This document shows, in pieces, positions 10,987-19,879 of a stretch of DNA of 64,000 nucleotides. This DNA is from Andalucia godoyi And28. Taxonomy: Eukaryota > Protista > Jakobida. How positions within the stretch are numbered: position 1 is the first letter of the stretch; each line of letters starts with the position of its first letter. Made by a program: the position numbers and the translations under genes. The notes under the pieces were generated by a model. That model made no database searches. It saw only the letters and a list, made by a program, of their open reading frames with translations, and was not told the DNA's origin. The stretch spans positions 148,786 through 212,785 of the forward strand of contig VRVR01000013.1 of the NCBI GenBank assembly GCA_009859145.1, written 5' to 3'.

Positions 10987-11452
10987 GCCCCATTACGAGA
11001 AGAAAAACCAGAAAAAGGATGAGCTATCGAGGACTGCTCGTGCTCAACAAAAACCGTCTTAATCAAATCAAACCCGTTCGTCCCGCAGAAATATATCTTA
11101 GGTGTGACTGGCGTCTTTTTCTCTTTTTCATACATGCCTTGCCAGCATGTCAACTGGCCCAAGCTCTCGATGATGCGATCGAGGTTGGACTTTCTTGTAC
11201 TGTTCGATGTACTGAAACGTTCATGGCAATGGGAACGACGGAAAGAGAATCGAAATTTCTTCTTTTGTGAAAAAGAGCGCACCTACGCCTTGTGGGGCCG
11301 AAAGACCCATTAGCAAAGGAGCGTGCAGATATCCATGTGCACGCATCACGAGTTTGCCACTGTCTGTCATTCACCCATAAATGCATGATCTCTACTTCTC
11401 TAGCAACTGGGCAGAAAAGCGGGCGCGCAACGGCAAGCGCAGGAATCGAAAA

Positions 11453-13957
11453 CTAGGACTTTAACAGTCTTGCATAGATCTTCAGGACTGCCCATACCAA
11501 GACACGAAAAGCAACCAGAAACAACACCATGGAAAGGAAATCGAATTCCAAGTTGTGGAGGTTGTAATGGTAGTTTTGATTCTCGACGTATTCTGTGATT
11601 ACAGACTGCTGTGTTGGTGTGTACTTGCCTGGCTTCTCGAGCCCAAGTTCCACAATGTAGAGCGCTTCTCCAAACCATCGTGCCCACGAAATGTTCCCGA
11701 TTGCTCCCATGTCTTCGACGCTCTGTGCACCCCCTGTGCTAAGGCCGGAGAGCAACGTTGCAACGGCAGCCAGGAGTGGCGCCAGATGGGCCGGCAGAAG
11801 AACAGAACACAAATATCCGAGGCCGAACATTATGGCTTCGAACATAATCATGATGGACCAGTATTGTCCAAAATCTGAAGACGGAGCCACAACCACCGCG
11901 AATGTGGCAGAAAACATCAGAGAATACAGGAGAATAAGAGGGATGTCCGCAACTGACCGAGCAACGACATACGCAGATGTCGAAGTTCTTCCAAAGCCAT
12001 GTTCTCGCAAGAAAACTGACTTCTCGTTCGTGAAAAATCGGCAAGCAAGAGCGGAGGCGGCAAGACCAAGGGCCATTGTCGTGTAAACGATCATGCGTCC
12101 GATTTCATCTTGAACCGCAGTCACACAGAAGGTCATGCGAACCGGAGGAGGGCAAAACGGAATGTACTCGGATGACAGAGGGGGTTGGAACAGATTCGTG
12201 GAAACAAAACCGATTCCAATGATCAAGCCCGTCAAAACGTGAAGTACGACGTCCAAGGCAACCGAAGATATGTCTCGGTAGTGCTGCAAGAGCGCACGAT
12301 TCGTCAGCAACCACACCTGATAGAACCAAGACACAGCCTTAACCGTTTCGTCGGCCATGCCTCTTGATGAAGCAGCGACCAGATCTCTTCCGCTGTTTTC
12401 CGCGATCTCGGCTGTTCGCGCATACGACGATCCGGCTGCTTTCCATATGTCAGCCAACTGAGACACAGTCATGGGGCCCGATTTAGTCCTTGGCTGAATC
12501 GATCCCTTTCCATTTGCGGCAGCATTGATGATGTCCAGCACCCAGTCTGCAGGGTTTGTAAACTGCGACCGAATGTAGCCACACTGCACTTCGAACCAGC
12601 GGACAATGCTGGAGAAGGGGCCGTAGTACACGAGGTTTCCGCCTTTTGCGAGAACGACGATATTATCTGTATACGTGCGAATGATTTCCAGTCGAGGCTG
12701 GTGAAGCACGGCGACTACTGTCACACCAGTGTCATGAGCAATCGAATGCAGATACTTCATGAGCTCAATGGAGGTAGATGCATCCAATCCAGTCGTGGGT
12801 TCATCCAGGAACAACAGTCGCGGTTTTGCTACTAATTCCATACCGATGCTCACCCGCTTTCGCTGCCCTCCTGAAATTTTCTGGCCACTTTGAAGGGGCA
12901 TTTGGGACGAATTCTGTCCGTCCGCTCGGCTTTCAGCATCCACACCACCCTTTGCGGGCAATCCAGTCAAAACGACATTGCCGTGAGCTCCGGACGAACT
13001 TCCAACAATGCTGTTCGCAACATCGACCAATCCCAAAATCGCCAGAACCGTCGCCACAACTTCCTCCACCTGCGCGGCAGGCGTACCTCTTGGAAGTCGC
13101 ATACGAGCTGAGTGAAGAAGTGTTTCCCGAACTGTTAGAGACGGCAACATGATGTCATCCTGAGGAACGAACCCGACATCTGGAATGCCAGACAAGGACT
13201 TTATCTCCAGGGTCCCTTGTTCCGCCGAACCTCGCAGTTTGATCGTCCCTTCCGTAGGATTGATTTTCCCGAGCAGGACGTTCAACAACGTTGTCTTTCC
13301 AGCGCCGGACGCGCCGAGAACGACGGACACAGAGCCGGACGGAAGTTCACAACTCACATCATTCAGCAGCACCTTCTGACCATCGCCCTTCAACACTACT
13401 CGAATATGATCGAGCAGGATTGACGGGCCAGGGATTGCAAATTTTGCCGGGAACGAAGGAATGCTCTCCGCTTTCAAGTTACCAGTCGGTACTCGCCCCC
13501 TGCGCTTCATGAACCACTTGGAGAACCATCCGCGCTTCATCGCCATGACCAGAAGGACAAACAGGCCGAGAACTGCGAGAATCAGTAGCATTCCGCCGTA
13601 CCACACATATCTTTCTGAGCCCTCGGGGCACACGGAAAGCGCTGGACAGTCCCAAGCTTGAAACGAGCCCTTCACACAGTACTTTCCAGCAGGACACTTC
13701 ACCTTTGTCGATCCGTCAGGACACAAGTACCCTGCTGGACACACCTCGGGACCCTCTGAGCCTCCTCCGCAGAAGTATCCAGGCTCGCAGCGCAGCTGCA
13801 ACTCAGGAGAAAGTGGGGATCGCAAGCAGACTTGCCCTACCGGACACCCAGGAGTCACAAACGGATCATCTGGAACCATAACAACGTCTGTGCACAATCC
13901 GAGCGTTGCAAACACCACTATGAACAACGCACTCGCAAACAGCGTCTTTTTCTTCAT
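11453..13957 (-). CDS. ABCG-family half transporter with N-terminal signal peptide and Cys-rich extracellular region
   Basis: Walker A GASGAGKTT, signature ISGGQRKRVSIG, Walker B LLFLDEPTTGLD, H-loop VLHQP, and NBD-before-TMD order. N-terminal CPAGYLCP/CPAGKYC repeats. Confidence 0.93.
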   Translation of the reverse strand: MKKKTLFASALFIVVFATLGLCTDVVMVPDDPFVTPGCPVGQVCLRSPLSPELQLRCEPGYFCGGGSEGPEVCPAGYLCPDGSTKVKCPAGKYCVKGSFQAWDCPALSVCPEGSERYVWYGGMLLILAVLGLFVLLVMAMKRGWFSKWFMKRRGRVPTGNLKAESIPSFPAKFAIPGPSILLDHIRVVLKGDGQKVLLNDVSCELPSGSVSVVLGASGAGKTTLLNVLLGKINPTEGTIKLRGSAEQGTLEIKSLSGIPDVGFVPQDDIMLPSLTVRETLLHSARMRLPRGTPAAQVEEVVATVLAILGLVDVANSIVGSSSGAHGNVVLTGLPAKGGVDAESRADGQNSSQMPLQSGQKISGGQRKRVSIGMELVAKPRLLFLDEPTTGLDASTSIELMKYLHSIAHDTGVTVVAVLHQPRLEIIRTYTDNIVVLAKGGNLVYYGPFSSIVRWFEVQCGYIRSQFTNPADWVLDIINAAANGKGSIQPRTKSGPMTVSQLADIWKAAGSSYARTAEIAENSGRDLVAASSRGMADETVKAVSWFYQVWLLTNRALLQHYRDISSVALDVVLHVLTGLIIGIGFVSTNLFQPPLSSEYIPFCPPPVRMTFCVTAVQDEIGRMIVYTTMALGLAASALACRFFTNEKSVFLREHGFGRTSTSAYVVARSVADIPLILLYSLMFSATFAVVVAPSSDFGQYWSIMIMFEAIMFGLGYLCSVLLPAHLAPLLAAVATLLSGLSTGGAQSVEDMGAIGNISWARWFGEALYIVELGLEKPGKYTPTQQSVITEYVENQNYHYNLHNLEFDFLSMVLFLVAFRVLVWAVLKIYARLLKS

Positions 13958-13978
13958 GTTCGATTATTTTTTCTGATT

Positions 13979-13982
<4 letters not shown>

Positions 13983-14038
<56 letters not shown>
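13983..14038. repeat. (TG)n microsatellite just upstream of the ABCG start
   Basis: Read directly. Confidence 0.95.
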
Positions 14039-14043
<5 letters not shown>

Positions 14044-14453
14044 GTTGGTGTTCCTTTCCGTTTCTATTCTTTTACAAAACGAAGAATCAAAAGGTTGTTG
14101 TATCGAGAGTCCTGCAAACGGTTGAAGCACGTATCGGCTTGCGTCGGTATTCGCCTAGTCGGGAATTTCGGGAATTGTCGGAGACACCAGACATGCCGAT
14201 TGCCGACTGCTCTGTCGACACCGTTTATTTACGATCGGCGCTGATGGCAATGGATGTACGTACGTACAAGCAAAGCGCAGGTTTTTTCTTTTCAGAATTG
14301 GGTTTTTTTTTCAGGGAGAGCGTCCGTTTGGAAATTTATTTGATCTTTCAGCCGTTTTCTTTTGAGCATGCCGTCTTCTGAGCTGTACTACAAAAACAAA
14401 AAAAAAAAGACTGAAATACAATATTCGGACATCACCATCATTGTACACATAGC

Positions 14454-17402
14454 ATGCAGTCATCACGCCCTTCCTCGGCAAAAAGTGGGTTGTCGAGTGC
14501 GCAACGAAATGGGACTCCGCGTCCTTTAGAGTCATCTCGCAATGCGGATTCGACAACGGAAAGTGAAGACATGAAGCACCCGATTGAGCTCAAACATCCT
14601 CCTGTGAAATCCAAAACCATACATTCCAACTTGGCTCATGGAGATATCATTACAATGACGGCACGTGTTCCCGTCAGATCTTCTCTCGCTGCTCATGATA
14701 TTGTTGGTGGTGCTGAAACGGATTCCAACAGCAACAACTATGCTGCTTCCTCACCATCTCCATCTGCTCATAGCAAGAGCAACAAGACTTCGAACAACAT
14801 TGATTCGTCGAGAAAAGGGAAATCCCCGTCCCGCTCCTCGAATGCCTCCAGAAAGAGCACTGCGCCCTTGAACAGGTCTGTACATGGAAGTGGGAATGAT
14901 AATGGCAATGGTAATGGGAAACAGCAGTATCTGATGACGCAGCCGACATCATCTAAAGCCTCCGAACGTGATCCGCGGTCATTCACTGTTTCTGCTGCTG
15001 AGTCGCACAAGTCTATGTCAAGAACTCGTCTTCGGAAATCCGGTTCTATGGACATCGAAGCGAGCCAGGATATTGAAGCAATGTTGCAGAACGATGCACA
15101 ACCATTCCGACAGATTCCATTGTCTGAAATCGCAGCAACATTCGCAGAGAAGAAGGAAACGGACAGAAGAGCGCGAATGGCGGAGTACAGCAAACCTATT
15201 GCAGAAAAGTCAACCCGATATGCCAAGCTGTCCATCACGAAGCCAAAAGATGAGTTTGCACCCGATCGTGATTTAACCGATTCAGATCGAGCACGAATTC
15301 GGCGAGTGGACGCTCTCGTCCCCGAACTGCTTCATCAGCTAAATCCGGACAAGCAGATTGCGCTGCGATCGCCTATCAAGAAACGTAAGCCCGGAATTCT
15401 TGTACCGGATGCGCGCTTGCAAGGGTCCGCGGCAATCTCCACGGAATCTGCTGTGCCGACGTCGCGCAAGAGTCGCGACAGCCTTCTTGTCACCAGTATG
15501 GAACAGCAGGACAAGAGCTTCCTGACTGGACTGAACATGGAGGACGATGATGGGGACGATGACGATCCGTCCGACGCTCGTCATAACGAGCTGCTCAGAC
15601 AGTTTGAAGCCCAGGAAAAGGACGATGACTTCGCGGACGAGGACTTGGAACACCAGCAAGCGATTCTGCAAGCATCTCAAAAGGGGCACTTCACTCCTAG
15701 ACCTGTTGTTCAAGAAACGGTGCGAGAAATGGTCTCGAAACGACGCTCTGTGTTCCGATACAATCTCTCTGTTGAGCTCCGCAAACGTGAGATCTCGCGT
15801 CTGGACCAGCTGATGCGGGAAAAGGAGGCCCAGCTGAATGCGTTCGAAAAGCAGCTGACTGCAGATGAAAAGGCCTTCGATGACTATGTCGCCTCCTGCG
15901 AACAAGATCTCGTTTCGAAACTGGAGGCAACGGAACACGTCGTTACGGAAAACACGCATCTGATTTCCGAGCTGCGTGTCCTGAAACAGGAGATATCCAA
16001 ATGCAAAAAGGACAATTTTTCGCTGGATGAACAGTTGACCGAACTGCGAACGTACAAGCGATTCTTAAACAGTGCTGCTCCTCGCGAATGGCTGGAAACG
16101 GAAGCAATGTCCGCGAGAGCCCAAAAGGATCGAGATCGATCGCTTCGCGGCTTGAACAATGGAGCAGTGAGGTTCAGTGGAAACTCTCCTCGCTCGGATA
16201 GTTCTGGTCCTCGATCCGAGAGCTCGATGGGCAACGCCCCTGGCCAGCGTGGAAGACCGTCTCTGAAACATTTTGCATCGGTTGCGATTCTTCCGATCAA
16301 GTTGGCGCGCTCTTTTACGAATGGAAAGCTAATCAGCACATATACTCCAACAGCAGGTGATGGTGGGAAGCGATTTGGGGCGAGTCCCGAACGGTCGCAT
16401 ACAGAAGCCAATTTGCGCCCATCGCCAACTTCCAATATTCCTCTCACACAGAAGAGGGCGCCAGCGCAGGGCGACGTCATTGACACTGTGGAGAGGCTCT
16501 ACTTTACGAAACCAGAGCAGCTGATGCAAGCCCTCGCTTCCATGGAGGACGAGAACTTGTTTCTCATGCAGAATCTGGAGCTCTTGGAAGAACAGATTGA
16601 CGACATGAAGCGAACAAGGGCGTCAAAAATTGACCAGATGGAAACGCTCGCGACCCAGCTTCGGGAGGCTGAGACATCCCTTCAGGCCCGCGTAGCCGTT
16701 CATCATAATCACCTTGCCGCCATTGCACAAGCTAAAAAAACCGTATCAACGCAGAAAGCGGCCGCCAAGGAGCGATCATTGGAGCAAGTGTGCCAGGCGA
16801 TCCTCCAAGTGTACAATGAGCTTCATCACGAGTTCCGAGGGCACATCGGCGACCATGACACGGCTCAGCCTCTGACCATTTTGACACTCTTTGAAAAGAT
16901 TCTTGACCGCTCGCTGGCCGACGTGGAGAATCTGCAGCTCGACGTCGTGCTGGCTCGCGAGCGCGAGCGCATGAAGCATCGTAGAGAAATTGCTCGGGAG
17001 CAGCAAGCGCAGCAGGAAAAGCAGCAGGCGCTGGAGCGTGCGACTCGAGCTCAGCAGCGTTTTGAACAAGTTGCAGCGAAAGCAAGCATGAAGAAGACGA
17101 AAAAGAAGATGGAGCGAACGTTCTTGCCGGGAAAAGAAACACGGCATCTGTCAGTCGACACTTCTTTGGAAACCCTTCCTCCACCGACCGTCACAACCCC
17201 GACAGCCAATGGGTCAATGACTGCAGGAGCTGATGCATTCTCAACAGCAGCAGCAACAGCAGCAACGTCACCCAAAAACATTCGAGCAGCATCAGCAGGA
17301 CGACGAAGCCCAGGCGAATCCCATTCGCTGAAGAAGAGCGCGCCAAATTGGACTGCGTCTCTTGGTGTGCAATGGGACTCTGTCTCTGAGTTCTTTGCCT
17401 GA
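14454..17402 (+). CDS. CFAP100: CFAP100/CCDC37-38-like (DUF4200) axonemal coiled-coil protein
   Basis: KRRSVFRYNLSVELRKREISRL...EKAFDDY coiled coil and LYFTKPEQLMQALASMEDENLFLMQN match the CFAP100/FAP100 family. Long low-complexity N-terminus. Confidence 0.8.
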   Translation: MQSSRPSSAKSGLSSAQRNGTPRPLESSRNADSTTESEDMKHPIELKHPPVKSKTIHSNLAHGDIITMTARVPVRSSLAAHDIVGGAETDSNSNNYAASSPSPSAHSKSNKTSNNIDSSRKGKSPSRSSNASRKSTAPLNRSVHGSGNDNGNGNGKQQYLMTQPTSSKASERDPRSFTVSAAESHKSMSRTRLRKSGSMDIEASQDIEAMLQNDAQPFRQIPLSEIAATFAEKKETDRRARMAEYSKPIAEKSTRYAKLSITKPKDEFAPDRDLTDSDRARIRRVDALVPELLHQLNPDKQIALRSPIKKRKPGILVPDARLQGSAAISTESAVPTSRKSRDSLLVTSMEQQDKSFLTGLNMEDDDGDDDDPSDARHNELLRQFEAQEKDDDFADEDLEHQQAILQASQKGHFTPRPVVQETVREMVSKRRSVFRYNLSVELRKREISRLDQLMREKEAQLNAFEKQLTADEKAFDDYVASCEQDLVSKLEATEHVVTENTHLISELRVLKQEISKCKKDNFSLDEQLTELRTYKRFLNSAAPREWLETEAMSARAQKDRDRSLRGLNNGAVRFSGNSPRSDSSGPRSESSMGNAPGQRGRPSLKHFASVAILPIKLARSFTNGKLISTYTPTAGDGGKRFGASPERSHTEANLRPSPTSNIPLTQKRAPAQGDVIDTVERLYFTKPEQLMQALASMEDENLFLMQNLELLEEQIDDMKRTRASKIDQMETLATQLREAETSLQARVAVHHNHLAAIAQAKKTVSTQKAAAKERSLEQVCQAILQVYNELHHEFRGHIGDHDTAQPLTILTLFEKILDRSLADVENLQLDVVLARERERMKHRREIAREQQAQQEKQQALERATRAQQRFEQVAAKASMKKTKKKMERTFLPGKETRHLSVDTSLETLPPPTVTTPTANGSMTAGADAFSTAAATAATSPKNIRAASAGRRSPGESHSLKKSAPNWTASLGVQWDSVSEFFA

Positions 17403-17511
17403 AGAGCGAAGACTCTGCAAGAATGAACAGTTCAGATGGTGGCGAAGACGGTGGGGATAGTGATGGAATAATGATAACAACAATGCTAGTAAACGAATGC
17501 GGGATGGAAAA

Positions 17512-18126
17512 TCACTTCTTCGATGCAGGCTGTGCAAATCCAGGTGAGGAAATTGTTTTTGGGACTTTTGCTGCTCTTGCTGCGTTGTCGGTCGCTGCAT
17601 TCTCCCCCTCGCGCTTCACTCCTCGCACCACGGTCTTCTTGCCTGTCGCTGCCAAGCCCGCAGGCCCCATGTGGCTGCCGAATGCTGATCCAGAGCCCAA
17701 GCCCGATCCAGAGCCAGAGACTGAGACTGAGCCTGAGCCTGAGCCTGAGCCTGTGTTTTGCGCAGCTGCTGCAGCAACATCCGAGGATCCTGCAGTTGGT
17801 TGGGGCAACTCGACTTTCCCGCTTGTTAACGGGTGTTTTTTCAGTGCTTTCAGCGGTTTCGAAAAGTCCCATTCCACACGAGACGGGTCAATCCGCATGC
17901 GAAGAGGCTCGTCGGGCACGGGATCCAGAGGCATGCCCTCAATCAATGGGAGAATCTGCGATTTTGCGATTCCAAAAGGCAGCGGTTTTTCTATTGCATA
18001 GGGATAAAGAGAATTCACGATGTGGAAGAATCCTGACGGCATGCTACCTGAGGGGTTCGACGCAGATTGGTACAGGCTCGTCAGCGCAGGAGTCGAATCA
18101 AACAAGGGCGGTCGCTTGGAATCCAT
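17512..18126 (-). CDS. Hypothetical protein, weakly Mediator Med19-like
   Basis: 204-aa ATG ORF with a GS linker and basic tail. EKPLPFGIAKS...EGMPLDP...KVELP loosely recalls plant Med19 (weak). The overlapping + strand ORF is treated as its shadow. Confidence 0.55.
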   Translation of the reverse strand: MDSKRPPLFDSTPALTSLYQSASNPSGSMPSGFFHIVNSLYPYAIEKPLPFGIAKSQILPLIEGMPLDPVPDEPLRMRIDPSRVEWDFSKPLKALKKHPLTSGKVELPQPTAGSSDVAAAAAQNTGSGSGSGSVSVSGSGSGLGSGSAFGSHMGPAGLAATGKKTVVRGVKREGENAATDNAARAAKVPKTISSPGFAQPASKK

Positions 18127-18848
18127 CTCTGAGCGTTTTTGTTTGTTTGTCTTCTTTTAAAGAATGAAGAGGAATACAAGGTCCGTTTTTCTCTCTTCGA
18201 TGTATACACCCAGAAGTGCACACAGACTATGGGAGGGGAGGAGAAAAACGAGAGCGAGTGGGAAAGAACAGAAGAACAACGCAGTACCAAAGAAAGCTGT
18301 GAAAATCAAAAATGCCTTCTTTTCCATAGCTGCTAGCTGGACTGCCCCACATGAGGAAGGAGGAAAAGGCAGCTACTCAATCTTCCTTGTCCCAAGCGGA
18401 CGTCCCGAATGGCATCAGATAGCTGTTTTGCACGCGTGAGGCTTTCTTGGCACCCCTTGGAATTTGAAGTCTGTTCAAGTACACACAGCGCCTCTTTCAT
18501 TCTCTCTCTCCATTTCTCTCTCTCTCTCTCTCTGTCTCTGTCTGTATGATTTTCGCGATTGCGGGTTCACTTTGCAAAAAAAGAAACCCAGCAAAAAACA
18601 CCCACACAAAACACATAAATCTCTCTTTTCTGCTTTTATTTTCTCTCTCTCTTTTTCTTCTTCTGTAGTTTCCTATTTGCGAGATTTTAGGAGAATTCGC
18701 AAAGAATAAGAGGAGAAGAAGGAGAAGAAGGAGAAGAAGGAGAAGAAGGAGGAGGAGGAGGGGGCTCTTTGGATATTCACACACACACACACACACACAG
18801 ACACAGACACAGACAGTCACGCATACAATCACACTATCACATACAACA

Positions 18849-19745
18849 ATGCCAAACGTATCGTCATCTGTGTTCGATAATGCGATTGCTGGTTCATTGG
18901 CGGGAGCAACGACTGCGGTGATCACGTGTCCTTTGGATGTGGTGAAAGCGCGAATGCAGGTCCAGATTCTTCAAAAGGGAATTTCTCCCAAGTACTCGGG
19001 AATCATTCGATCTGCGACGTTGATTGCACGAGAAGAAGGATTCCGGGGTCTGTACAAGGGTCTTTCGCCAACATTGATGGCACTTTCCCCCTCGTGGGCA
19101 GTGTATTTCACGACCTACGAATGGACAAAAAGACGTTTGCGAGAAGAATATAGATATTTGGATCAACACCAAAAAGTTGTGCATCTTCTTGCCTCTGTGT
19201 TTGCAGGATCCGTGAATGCGATTGCGCTATCGCCAATATGGGTCGTTCGTACACGTCTGCAGCTGCAGACATCCAACAAGTACAAGTCGGTTCACGACTG
19301 CATCAGGAAGATATATCGACATGAGGGATTGCGGTCGTTCTATGCTGGTCTGGCTCCATCGTTCTTCGGACTGATTCATGTGGGTGTCCAGTTCCCAGTA
19401 TACGAATATTTCAAGGAGGAACTGCGCCGGAGAAGGAGAAGAGGCATCCATGATCCATTGCATCACGATTCAAAGCTCCCAATTCACGAAATAATCGGTG
19501 CGTCGGCGTTGTCAAAAATGATCGCGTCGATGGTGGCGTATCCACACGAGGTACTCAGAACGCGGATGCAGCATGCCGGTGCAAACTCAAAATCCATCGG
19601 ATGCCTGGTTTCAAAAATGTTCAGGGAGGAGGGCCTAAAATCGTTCTATCGCGGAATGTCGGTGAATCTTGTGCGTGTCGTTCCTGCTGCTGCGATCACG
19701 TTTACCACGTTTGAGCTCGTAATGTCGATCTTGAATCCGGAATAG
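18849..19745 (+). CDS. Mitochondrial carrier family protein (NAD+/folate carrier-like, SLC25A32/NDT1 group)
   Basis: Three carrier repeats: PLDVVKARMQVQ, PIWVVRTRLQLQ and PHEVLRTRMQ, plus GLYKGL/FYAGL/FYRGM motifs. Confidence 0.92.
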   Translation: MPNVSSSVFDNAIAGSLAGATTAVITCPLDVVKARMQVQILQKGISPKYSGIIRSATLIAREEGFRGLYKGLSPTLMALSPSWAVYFTTYEWTKRRLREEYRYLDQHQKVVHLLASVFAGSVNAIALSPIWVVRTRLQLQTSNKYKSVHDCIRKIYRHEGLRSFYAGLAPSFFGLIHVGVQFPVYEYFKEELRRRRRRGIHDPLHHDSKLPIHEIIGASALSKMIASMVAYPHEVLRTRMQHAGANSKSIGCLVSKMFREEGLKSFYRGMSVNLVRVVPAAAITFTTFELVMSILNPE

Positions 19746-19879
19746 CTCAGACTTAACAGGGGTTCCCGTTCTTGCTTTGTTGTGGTGATGGTCGTCGGTC
19801 CTGATTTGTTTTGTTTTGTACATAAGTTTCTGGAATTTGATCGCCGAGACAGCCGGGTTCAGTTGCGCAAACCGCAGTC

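Noticed and set aside
17423-18001. Plus-strand 192-aa ORF with PEPEPE repeats
   Set aside because: It is the antisense shadow of the ATG-started minus-strand gene with a GS linker; only one is likely real.
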